In this document: positions 21,800 to 33,982 of the stretch, piece after piece
How positions within the stretch are numbered: position 1 is the first letter of the stretch
Layout: every line of letters starts with the position of its first letter
DNA from: Macrostomum lignano
Lineage: Eukaryota
DNA length: 64,000 nucleotides
Assembly: GCA_002269645.1 (NCBI GenBank)
Contig: NIVC01000300.1
Location: 1-64,000 of the forward strand
Direction: 5' to 3'
Translations under genes and position numbers: made by a program
The notes under the pieces: generated by a model
Databases searched by the model: none
What the model saw: only the letters and a program-made list of their open reading frames with translations
What the model was told of the DNA's origin: nothing

Positions 21800-22252
21800 A
21801 TATGGGGATTATAGGGATTATAGGGATTATGGGGATTATGGGGATTATGGGAATTATAGGGATTGTAAAGATTATGGGAATTTTAGGGATTATAGGGAAT
21901 TTGGGGATTTTGGGGGTTATGGAGATTATGGGGATTATGGGGATTATGGAGATTATGGGGATTATGGGGATTATGGGGATTATGGGGATTATGGGAAATA
22001 TAGGGATTGTAGGGATTATGGGGATTATAGGGATTTTAGGGATTATAGGAATTATAGGGATTTCAGGGATTATGGAAATTATAGGGATTGTAGGGATTAT
22101 GGGAATTATGGGGATTATGGGGATTATGGGAATTATAGGGATTGTAGGGATTATGGGAATTATGGGGATTATGGGGATTATGGGGATTATGGGGATTATG
22201 AGGATTATGTGGAATATGGGGATGATGGGGATTATGGGGATTATAGGGCCTA
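21800..22252. repeat. 9-bp minisatellite
   Basis: GGGGATTAT variants. Confidence 0.95.
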
Positions 22253-23714
22253 TGGGGGGCTATATTCTGCAGTCCTACAGCTGGGCCAAGGCTGAGGCAG
22301 GCAAAAATTTATCCCAGAGAAAACTCCCCCCCCCCAATACTTGTTGGCCCCCGTGCAACGACTTATTTAAGAAGCTTCTTGTGCTCAAAAGTCTGTGGCC
22401 AGCTCAGGCTCCCCAATCTGGCTTCATCAGCTGCAACCAGCCGCGTACTTGAGAACCCCTCCGGCTCCTCCTCCTTCCCCCAATCTTCCCTCCTTCTTTC
22501 CTCGCCGTCTCCTCCGACTCAGCAGGCTGAGGGATCTGGAATTTGGCCTCATTTGTCCCGTAATAAAACGGGTAGCATAGGGGGGGGGTGGGCTCAGGGG
22601 AGGGAAGCGAGGAAGCTGAAGCCCCTCCTTCATCCAGTCTCAATGCCAGGCGTCTCCACCGCCTCAGCTCCCGGGATCCCCACGGAGTCTCAGCCGCATA
22701 ACGAGGAGGAGGAGACGCCCCCCCCCCCCAAGGAGCCAGCCTCCTCTCCAGTCTTCCCTAATTGGGAAACTCAGCCTTGAAGGAGGAACTTCTTCTGTGC
22801 TTCTCTTTCGCGGCATTTTCCATCCCCATCGCTGCCCGCCTCAGCGCACCTGAGGAGAGGAGCTGTGAGTAAGCGGAGAGACTGGGCAGAGCTGAGGATG
22901 TTGAGCCCGCGGTTGCAAGGCAAATTTTGCGGGATTTGAAACTGCCTGCCTGGACTTTTCTCCCACCCCCGTGGGGATTAGGCTTGGGCTGGGGGCAACA
23001 GCTGGAGGAGGCCGGGGGGTCCACCAAGCCTATCGGTAATCAATACGCATGCTTGCACTGCTCATATTTGCTCTTGGGAATGTTCGCACTGCAGCTCTGG
23101 CCTGTTTGTCTGTCTGATTAATCCCCGAGTCCGGATTGCCCTCCGCTGCCCCCTCAGCTTCCGCATCTCTGCTCCCCAGTGCATGCACAATAAATCCATA
23201 AACTGGAGATCCGCAGCCGATGCTGCATAAGCAGTTAAACAGTGCTTGATGGATGGCGCCTGCTGCAGCCACCGAGTCTGATTGAAGCGAGAAAGAAATT
23301 CACTTCAATGCTCAATTTTCTGGGAACATACTAAATTTGTAGATAAAATTTCTAACTTTCTACTTTTAGTAGAGCTTCAAGTACGCAGGTCAATGCCAAT
23401 AAGTTTCAAAAAGCATCAGGTCGGAGGCGAGCTAATTTTAGCAACCAGAACGTTTTCTCCCCTATTGTTATCCGTGGGATAATTTTCCCAAAATGGGGAG
23501 GATATATTGACAGGCTTGATGCCGTCATTGCCTCTGTCTTGTTTGGTAATTTTGATAAAAAGTTTGACAAGCTGAGACGCTGGAGACGCGGGAGGGAGAG
23601 AATTAGGGGACGGCTGTGCTAGAATTTGAGAAGATAGAAGCATCAGTGATTCTGTGCTCAGCTTGTCAGAGTGAGAATTGCGAATAGGAGACCTAGGCTA
23701 ATGCAAACGGGAGA

Positions 23715-24750
23715 AGTAGACTGGGGAAGTAGACTAGAGATCGAGAAGTGGACTACAGAAGTAGACTAGAGAAGTGGACTAGAGAAGTAGACTAGAGAAG
23801 TAGACTGGAGGAGTAGACTGGGAGAAGTAGACTGGAGGAGTAGACTGGAGGAGTAGACTGGAGGAGTAGACTGGGAGAAGCAGACTGGAGGACTAGAGTG
23901 GAAGAGTAGATTGGAGGAGTAGACTGCAGGAGTAGACTGGGAGAAGTAGACTGGAGGAGTAGACTGGAGGAGTAGACTGGAAGAGTAGATTGGAGGAGTA
24001 GACTGGAGGAGTAGACTGGAGGAGTAGACTGGAGGAGTAGACTGGAGGAGTAGACTGGAGGAGTAGACTGGAGGAGTAGACTGGAAGAGTAGACTGGAGG
24101 AGTAGACTGGAAGAGTAGACTGGAGGAGTAGACTGGAGGAGTAGACTGGAGGAGTAGACTGGAGGAGTAGACTGGAGGAGTAGACTGGAGGAGTAGACTG
24201 GAAGAGTAGACTGGAGGAGTAGACTGGAAGAGTAGACTGGAGGAGTAGACTGGAGGAGTAGACTGGAGGAGTAGACTGGAGGAGTAGACTGGAGGAGTAG
24301 ACTGGAGGAGTTGACTGGAGGAGTAGACTGGAGGAGTAGACTGGAGGAGTAGACTGGAAGAGTAGACTGGAGGAGTAGACTGGAGGAGTAGACTGGAGGA
24401 GTAGACTGGAAGAGTAGACTGGAGGAGTAGACTGGAGGAGTAGACTGGAGGAGTAGACTGGAAGAGTAGACTGGAGGAGTAGACTGGAAGAGTAGACTGG
24501 AGGAGTAGACTGGAGGAGTAGACTGGAAGAGTAGACTGGAGGAGTAGACTGGAAGAGTAGACTGGAGGAGTAGACTGGAGGAGTAGACTGGAGGAGTAGA
24601 CTGGAGGAGTAGACTGGAGGTGTAGACTGGAGGAGTAGACTGGTGGAGTAGACTGGAGGAGTAGACTGGAAGAGTAGACTGGAGGAGTAGACTGGAAGAG
24701 TAGACTGGAGGAGTAGACTGGTGGAGTAGACTGGTGGAGTAGACTGGAGG
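23715..24750. repeat. 13-bp minisatellite
   Basis: CTGGAGGAGTAGA. Confidence 0.95.
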
Positions 24751-25464
24751 GGTCGACTGTGGGAGTTGGCGGGCAGGAATGTTAGCTGAAATATAAGTTT
24801 GAGAAGAGCAGCTGCGGGAGCCCGGGGCAAAGCAAGACGGGCATCGATTTGAAGTTGCACTGCAAGCCTGGTGGCAGGGGGTGGGACGGTGGAATTATGA
24901 GGCGAGTTTCAGCCGCTACCTACCCGTGAGGCTGGGGGGGGGGCAGTCGCCCACTCAATTTGCTTATTTTTAATCCGATTTCACCGCCGGGTTGGCTCCG
25001 CTCCGCTGCCCCAGCTGCCTCCCCCTGATGAAGAAGCCGCTTGGAGAGGCTGCGACTTAACAGAGGGAAAACTGCAGCTTCGCTCATCGGAGGGGAGGGA
25101 CAGCGGGTGAGGCTGGGAGGCCTCTCTTCATCCGAGAAAGTGACAGAGCTCTCGTTGCGCTGGAGACTGCGGGGCCGCGTGATGAGGGAGAAGCTGGGGG
25201 GGGGGGAAACTCCCCAAACTGGGGAATTTTTAAAGATAGCTTCCACGATCACTGCTAGGCATAGGAATAAACCAACAAGCATTTATTCCCAGTTTGCACT
25301 GAGGCAATGGGCTGTTTTTGAGTGTCATTGACTTGGCTGGATTGGGTGTTGCATGCGGAAGCGGGCAACTGACTCCGGCTCCGGGATGCGGAGTCAATAA
25401 TTCAGGAGGCTGCGGTCATGCGGGCTGACGGGATTCTGGACGCCTTTCTGTGCGGGGAAGGGGA

Positions 25465-25915
25465 AATTTGGAGAGTGAGATCAGGGATAGATGAAGTGAG
25501 ATTGGGGATAGATGAAGTGAGATTGGGGATAGATGAAGTGAGATCAGGGATAGATGAAGTGAGATTGGGGATAGATGAAGTGAGATCAGGGATAGATGAA
25601 GTGAGATCAGGGATAGATGAAGTGAGATTGGGGATAGATTAAGTGAGATTGGGGATAGATGAAGTGAGATTGGGGATAGATTAAGTGAGATTGGGGATAG
25701 ATGAAGTGAGATCAGGGATAGATGAAGTGAGATCAGGGATAGATGAAGTGAGATCAGGGATAGATAAAGTGAGATCAGGGATAGATTAAGTGAGATCAGG
25801 GATAGATAAAGTGAGATTAGGGATAGGTGAAGTGAGATTAGGGATAGATGAAGTGAGATTAGGGATAGGTGAAGTGAGACTGAGGATAGATGAAGTGAGA
25901 CTGGGGATAGATAGG
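25465..25915. repeat. 21-bp purine-rich minisatellite
   Basis: GATAGATGAAGTGAGATCAGG variants. Confidence 0.95.
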
Positions 25916-26499
25916 ACCAAAGCAGGGAGAGTATGCCATTTGAATGCCATGTGAGACAAGAATTTACAGGTACACGAAGCAGCCAGAAATGGCAAAAGAA
26001 GCACTGCATGCAAAAGAAGGCAAAAAAGCAAGCCGCTCTGTCATCAGGATCGGAGGGGAAGATGGATAGATGAGATGAGGTGCCGGCAGTTCGAGTCCCA
26101 GAAATTGCCAGATTCCGGCAGCGACTGGCCCCGAAGTCCGGGTTGCTTACCTGGGGCGCCCAGCAGCAGGAGAAGCAGGCCGATCGAGATGAGGCTTCGC
26201 AGCATCCTGGCGGAGGAGGAGGGGGGTGGCTGTCCGAATTAGCGGGGGATAATTGCATGCTGTCTGGCCCGCGGGGCCAGAGAGGACTTGGAGGGAGTCC
26301 AACTCGGCAATTCATTCCCGGAGATGAGGTACGGAGATTGAGGGCTGAATCGCGGGCGTGGGAACCGCGGCCTCTCTGGGCTGTCTGAACCTCTGACTTG
26401 GTTGCTAACTCTCACTCTCCTTCTCACCCCTCTCATCCCTCATCATCTGGTATTTGGCTCCCCCCCTTTCCTGTCTTTCTCTCCGATCATGTTTCCCTC

Positions 26500-26885
26500 T
26501 CCCTCTCCCGTCTCACTCTCCCCTCTCCCTCTCCCTCTCCCTCTCCCGTCTCACTCTCCCCTCTCCCTCTCCCTCTCCCGTCTCACTCTCCCCTCTCCAT
26601 CTCCCTCTCCCGTCTCACTCTCCCCTCTCCCTCTCCCTCTCCCTCTCCCTCTCCCTCTCCCTCTCCCTCTCCCTCTCCCGTCTCACTCTCCCCTCTCCCT
26701 CTCCCTCTCCCGTCTCACTCTCCCCTACTCCCTCTCTCTCTCCCATTTAAAAGTCTTCTACGGGTATCCAATTCCCTCTCCTATCCCGGGACAATTTTCT
26801 ATCTCCCCCTCTTCTATCTCCCCCTCTTCTATCTCCCCTCTTCTATCTCCCCCTCTTCTATCTACCCTTCTTCTTTTCCCCCTCC
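26500..26885. repeat. CT-rich compound repeat
   Basis: CTCTCC and CCGTCTCACTCTCC units, then CCCCTCTTCTATCT units. Confidence 0.9.
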
Positions 26886-27519
26886 CATCCCCCGTCTCCA
26901 CTCTGCATTCTCTCCCCCCAGCTCCTCCGGAAAGCCGTCCCAGGGTGGCCCGCAGCCAAAGTTCAAAGGCGCCACAGCGCATGAACTCTTCTTCCCTTGA
27001 GTCTCAACTAACCCCCCAGCTTCACTTCGACATCAAAGGATGAGGAGCTTTTGAGCATGCGGGTGGGAGCTCAGAAGGCAATTTGATAGGCTTCCCAAGA
27101 CTGCGCCGAGGACCGCGTTTCTCTGTCTTCTGACATTTCTGCTTTTTGCTCGCAACTGTCTGTCCTCCTGTGTCTTTCTGCATCCGAGCGAGTGGCTTTG
27201 TCGACTTCTTGGCTCTCGACTGCTTTTACTGACCTAAGTTGGCAAGTTTTTTCGCACTCCGTCGCCCGAGCAGCTCTTTGCGACTCAGCGAAATCCCTCG
27301 ACTTCTGCCTAACTGGACAGCGTTTTGAGCCTCACATCCCGCATCTCAGCGGTCCCTGAGACTGACTGACGGCTGGCGGCTGAATCGCTCATGGGCTCCT
27401 TGGGCTGTCTGTAAATCCCCATTTTCTGTGCTGCATTTCCCGCCTTCTGCTTCTCCGACTGTCAGTCAATCCTTGCTTCTCACAGTGACCCATTGGCTCT
27501 ATCGGACTCCATCTCTGCC

Positions 27520-28790
27520 CCCTCTGTCTGGAGCCTCCGTCTCACTCTCCCTCTCTTTCTCTCTGGAGCCTACGTCTCACTCTCCCTCTCCCCCTCTCTG
27601 GAGCCTCCGTCTCACTCTCCCTCTCTTTCTCTCTGGAGCCTACGTCTCACTCTCCCTCTCCCTCTCTCTGGAGCCTCCGTCTCACTCTCCCTCTCCCTCT
27701 CTCTGGAGCCTCCGTCTCACTCTCCCTCTCCCTCTCTCTGGAGCCTCCGTCTCACTCTCCCTCTCCCTCTCTCTGGAGCCTCCGTCTCACTCTCCCTCTC
27801 CCTCGCTCTCTGGAGCCTCCGTCTCACTCTCCCTCTCCCTCTCTCTCTGGAGCCTCCGTCTCACTCTCCCTCTCCCTCTCTCTCTGGAGCCTCCGTCTCA
27901 CTCTCCCTCTCCCTCTCTCTCTGGAGCCTCCGTCTCTCTCTCCCTCTCTTTCTCTCTGGAGCCTCCGTCTCACTCTCCCTCTCCCTCTCTCTGGAGCCTC
28001 CGTCTCACTCTCCCTCTCCCTCTCTCTGGAGCCTCCGTCTCACTCTCCCTCTCCCTCTCTCTCTGGAGCCTCCGTCTCACTCTCTCTCGCGTCCCTCCCT
28101 CTCTCACTCTCACTCTGACTTTCACTCTCGCTCTCGCTCTCTTTCACTCTCGCTCTCGCTCTCTTTCACTCTCGCTCTCGCTCTCTTTCACTCTCGCTCT
28201 CCCTCTCTTTCACTCTCGCTCTCGCTCTCTTTCACTCTCGCTCTCCCTCTCTTTCACTCTCGCTCTCCCTCTCTTTCACTCTCGCTCTCGCTCTCTTTCA
28301 CTCTCGCTCTCCCTCTCTTTCACTCTCGCTCTCCCTCTCTTTCAATCTCGCTCTCGCTCTCTTTCACTCTCGCTCTCCCTCTCTTTCACTCTCGCTCTCG
28401 CTCTCTTTCACTCTCGCTCTCGCTCTCTTTCACTCTCGCTCTCCCTCTCTTTCACTCTCGCTCTCGCTCTCTTTCACTCTCGCTCTCCCTCTCTTTCACT
28501 CTCGCTCTCCCTCTCTTTCACTCTCGCTCTCGCTCTCTTTCACTCTCGCTCTCACTCTCAATCTCCCTCAATTTCTCATTCTCATTCTCACACACACACA
28601 CTCTCTCTTCCCCCTCCCCCTCTCTCTCATTCTCATTCTCTCTCACTCTCACTCTCCCTCTAAGTCTACCTCTCTCTCACTCTCACTCTCCCTCTAAGTC
28701 TACCTCTCTCTCACTCTCACTCTCCCTCTAAGTCTACCTCTCTCTCACTCTCACTCTCCCTCTAAGTCTACCTCTTTCTTTTCTCCTCTC
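27520..28790. repeat. CT-rich compound minisatellites
   Basis: CTCTGGAGCCTCCGTCTCACTCTCCCTCTCC units, then CTCTTTCACTCTCGCTCTCG units. Confidence 0.9.
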
Positions 28791-29255
28791 TCTCCCCCTC
28801 CCTCTCCAAATTGCCACTCCAGCAACCACAAATGAAAGGAAATGCAACGCACTACTGCAGGAATTCAAAATCAGGCGCTCACCTTGACTCACCTTGGCCA
28901 GCAGAGCAGGACTGAAGGGAATCGCCGGACCTGGCTGGGTGACTGGCCGGCCCTCCAAAGCTTTAATTCACACTGCATGCGGCCACTCGCGCCCGCCACT
29001 CAGAGCGACCCGTGCGAAAATCGCCCCCGCGAGCCAGTTGGCCGGGACTGCTCGGCTCCCCTGCCCCCACCCTGTCCGAGATCCCCAATCCCTTCTTCTC
29101 TCCAGGCTGGGTCCCCTCGGGCACGCAGCCTCTGCGCTGCATCAAATTGTAGAATAACTAGTTTTCCATGAACTCATTCACTCTCTGCGACTTGCTTCAT
29201 CTTTCCATTGATTTGCCAAACTTGTGCAGCCCGTCTGCACACGACTGGCCAGCTT

Positions 29256-29645
<390 letters not shown>

Positions 29646-30439
29646 GTCTATTCTCTCTGGTTTTGGCCCACAAGGACTTTTGTCTTCATCGCTCGATTTA
29701 GCCGATGAATTCCGAATGGTTTTCTCCCCCGATCTGCCCGGTGAAATGCCGAAATTAATTGAGCCATTTTCATCCAATTTGCCCGGATTAACCCCCCCCC
29801 CTCGCAAAATCCCAGGTAAATAGGCAGCCAGCGGGGCGCCGGCCGGTCAGGGGGGGGGTGAGGGTGGGAAACCGCGGCGACGCATCGAAAGAAAAAAGCG
29901 ACAGAAAGTCGGGCCTTGGAGACTCGAGAGAGAATGCTTCATCTCCCCAGCAGTGGGATTCGAATGCCACCCGAACCGTCCGAGGTCCCCAGGCCGGTCG
30001 GTCACGGCTCTCCCCTCCCTATCGCCCTCCTTCCCGGCCCCACGAATGCGGAAGGCAAAGCGAAGTAGGCAGATCGGTTTCCCATCGAGGCTGTGGGGAT
30101 AATTCTCCCGTCCAGCCTCGGCCGCAGGTGCATGCGACTCGTTCCACCTGCTTTCATCCTCTGCCTCGCTTTTTCTTGCTTTCCTCTTTTACAAGCCCCG
30201 CCTCCTCGGCTGCGCACTCGGGCTCGCTCGGAGTCTCCTTAGCGCGAGTTCTTCCCCCTCTCCAACTCACCGCTCTTCTGCCTCATCCCGCGGCGAGTTG
30301 AGGCTTTTGTGATTGCAGACCGCTGAGCAAACAGGACTCGGGATGCTGAGACTGAGACTCTGAGCCTCTCACCTCCTCTGATTCATCGGGCTCTTCACTG
30401 GGGCTCGGGACTTCTTCACTTCACTGAGGCAGCGACCTC

Positions 30440-31030
30440 TGCCACTCTGTCACTCTGTCACTCTGTCACTCTGTCACTCTGTCACTCTGTCACTCTGTCA
30501 CTCTGTCACTCTGTCACTCTATCCCTCTGTCACTCTATCACTGTGTTACTCTGTCACTCTGTTACTGTCACAGCTTTACTCTGTCACTCTGTTACTCTGT
30601 CACTCTTTCACTCTATCACAGCTTCACTCTGTCAGTGTCACACCATCACTTTGTCATTCTGTAACATTTTTACTCTGTCCGTCAGTCACCCTGTCACACT
30701 ATCACTCTGTCACTCTGTCATTTTGTCCCTGTCACTCTGTCAGTCTATCTCTCTGCCACTCTGCCACTGTTACACTATCACTCTGTCACTGTTACACTAT
30801 CACTCTGTCACTGTTACTATCACTCTGTCACTCTGTCACTCTGTCACTGTGTCACTCTGTCACTCTGACACTGTTACGCTATCACTCTGTCACTCTGTCA
30901 CTCTGACACTGTTACGCTATCACTATGTCACTGTCACACTATCACTCTGTCACTGTTACATTATCACTCTGTCACTGTTACGCTGTCACTCTGTCACTGT
31001 CACACTATCACTCTGTCACTCCGTCACTCT
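30440..31030. repeat. 8-bp (CACTCTGT)n degenerate repeat
   Basis: Perfect at the left, progressively diverged to the right. Confidence 0.9.
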
Positions 31031-31731
31031 GCCTTGGAGGCTGGCCCTCATGGCTGTGAACCACAACCCCCTGAGCCAATTTTCGGGCACACCAGCCTCA
31101 AAAACGAATTCGCATGTATTCGAGCCAGGGATCGTGGCGCTCAGCCCCCCTCCCGCGGCACAGCGCATGCATTTGCATCTGCAGAAATCCAATGGCGAGA
31201 GTTTGCCTACAGCAGCTGGTTGCTAGGCAGCTGCATTTAGTCGTGCAGCCTCCCCAGCAATTGATGTGAGGCCCGAAGGCAGCACCGAACGCTGGAACAG
31301 TGAAGCCCCCCGTAGGCTCCCCCACACGCAAGCGCTGAGGCTGACGGACGCTGCAGAGCGGAGAGGGAATCCGCTGCTTGCTTGTCTCCATCAATTGCTG
31401 ACAGGTGGAGCGACCGATCGCGTGCCAAAAGTTGCAGGCTTGAACGCAGGTCAGCTGAGCAGCCTGGCCGAACCGTGCAGAAGTACAGGAACGACTATTG
31501 TGAAGAGAAAATCTTCTCAGAGAGTTGAGAGCAAAATTATGATTGATTAATAATAAATCGCCTTCTCAATCAGTCCTGCCTTTCCGGTCTGGTTGTGAGA
31601 GGAAATGACCAAGCAGCCCGCATGCGCAATCGCTTGCTAAGGTCTGTCTCACATTAGCCTCAATCGATATGCTGTATATCCGGAGTGTTTGCAACAAGGA
31701 GATTGAGGCCGCGGATCAAGTTTCAGTTTAC

Positions 31732-31732
<1 letters not shown>

Positions 31733-31781
<49 letters not shown>
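31733..31781. repeat. (TG)n microsatellite
   Basis: About 24 dinucleotide units. Confidence 0.95.
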
Positions 31782-31783
<2 letters not shown>

Positions 31784-32317
31784 GCCATGCAGACTGTATT
31801 GCCAGTAAAGATTGCTGACAAAAGCTTTCAATGCATTGGCAGTAGTAGCAGAAAGTACGAATATGTTATGCGTAGAATGTGTACATGCATGTGTGATTAT
31901 GTGTGTGTACATTATTATTATTATCATAATTCTCTAAACGCCTGATTTTCGTCAATTATTAGTTTTGGGAAAATCGCTAATTCATTGCAATCTAAAAAAA
32001 TAATTAAAAAGTAATAAAAACTCAAAATTTATTAATACATATTTTAACACTAATATTTCAAGTAGCATTTTCTGAATATTTTACCTTTACGTGATTTTTG
32101 AGTGCAAAGACTGATTTTAATGCAATGAAAAAAGAATTTTTTACTTTCATGGCTAAAATATTTAAGAATTTTCATTTTATTTTATTGTGACTCTCAAACC
32201 CACCAATTGTACTTAAAATCTGGAAACAATTTTGAATTGGGTATCTTTTCGATTTTCTGATTTTCCTGGTTACAGATGAAGAACCAGGAACCAGGTAAGA
32301 ACCAGGTGAGACAGACA

Positions 32318-32995
32318 ATCCGCTGTCTACCCTGACAATCCGCTGTCTACCCTGACAATCCGCTATCTACCCTGACAATCCGCTATCTACCCTGACAATC
32401 TGCTGTCTACCCTGACAATCCGCTGTCTACCCTGACAATCCGCTGTCTACCCTGACAATCCGCTGTCTACCCTGACAATCTGCTGTCTACCGTGACAATC
32501 CGCTGTCTACCCTGACAATCCGCTATCTACCCTGACAATCTGCTGTCTACCCTGACAATCCGCTGTCTACACTGACAATCCGCTGTCTACCCTGACAATC
32601 TGCTGTCTACCCTGACAATCCGCTGTCTACCCTGACAATCCGCTGTCTACCCTGACAATCCGCTGTCTACCCTGACAATCTGCTGTCTACCGTGACAATC
32701 CGCTGTCTACCCTGACAATCCGCTGTCTACCCTGACAATCCGCTGTCTACCCTGACAATCTGCTATCTACCCTGACAATCTGCTGTCTACCCTGACAATC
32801 CGCTGTCTACCCTGACAATCTGCTATCTACCCTGACAATCTGCTGTCTACCCTGACAATCCGCTGTCTACCCTGACAATCCGCTGTCTACCCTGACAATC
32901 TGCTATCTACCCTGACAATCTGCTGTCTACCCTGACAATCCGCTGTCTACCCTGACAATCCGCTGTCTACCCTGACAATCCGCTGTCTACCCTGA
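32318..32995. repeat. 20-bp minisatellite
   Basis: CCTGACAATCCGCTGTCTAC. Confidence 0.95.
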
Positions 32996-33527
32996 AGTTC
33001 TCATTCTCCATCCCCTTAGATTTAACTTCAGCTTCGAGCATCTCGTAGCTGATGATCTACGAGCATCATTCAAACGATTTTAAACGTGACAAATGCAAAC
33101 TTATCTACTTTCAGTAGTGCATTATGCTAAGTAGAAACGTTAAAAATTTTTCACTACCAAAAAATGTGAAACGGGTTCGCATCGTCTGTCTGTTTGTCCT
33201 GTCAATACTTCTTATAGTTTGTTCGGTTCTGCAGCAGCCAAGGAAAGCAGCTCATCTTTCACGAGCCCCACCGACTCCTACTTCAATTTCTGCAGTACTT
33301 GCTGACGGTGCTGGAGCACCTGCTTGTTCTTAACTAAACAATTTCTGGTTGGTTGGTGCAATGAAAGTCCAACATTCTGCACTTCAGTGCGCTACCACTG
33401 CAGCTCCTGCTGGTGTCATTACAGATGCTGAGGTCGCGACGCGAGTTTGATTAATGTTTTGAATCACAGAAACCTTTGTCTTTGAATCCTTTTTAAAAAA
33501 CCTCTCTGCAATGACACCCTCTCTCAC

Positions 33528-33856
33528 AGTGTCTTAGTGTCTTAGTGTCTTAGTGTCTTAGTGTCTTAGTGTCTTAGTGTCTTAGTGTCTTAGTGTCTTA
33601 GTGTCTTAGTGTCTTAGTGTCATAGTGTCTTAGTGTCTTAGTGTCTTAGTGTCATAGTGTCTTAGTGTCTTAGTGTCTTAGTGTCTTAGTGTCTTAGTGT
33701 CTTAGTGTCTTAGTGTCTTAGTGTCTTAGTGTCTTAGTGTCTTAGCGTCTTAGTGTCTTAGTGTCTTATTGTCTTAGTGTCTTAGTGTCATAGTGTCTTA
33801 GTATCTTAGTGTCTTAGTGTCTTAGTGTCTTAGTGTCATAGTGTCTTAGTGTCTTA
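33528..33856. repeat. 8-bp (AGTGTCTT)n repeat interrupted by the Gypsy insertion; resumes at 38325
   Basis: The same unit is seen on both sides of the retrotransposon. Confidence 0.9.
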
Positions 33857-33982
33857 GTGCCTACAATTCTCCCCAACCAGAGAGATCCCAGGGGATAAAA
33901 AAACGAGCTCAATTACTCTGTTACTACCGGCCCAAACCCCAAAGCAATCAAAGCGGCCCGCCCACGCACAAAAACCCTAGGA

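Noticed and set aside
33230-33340. Coding-like frame GKQLIFHEPHRLLLQFLQYLLTVLEHLLVLN
   Set aside because: No recognisable domain, and it could not be linked to other exons.
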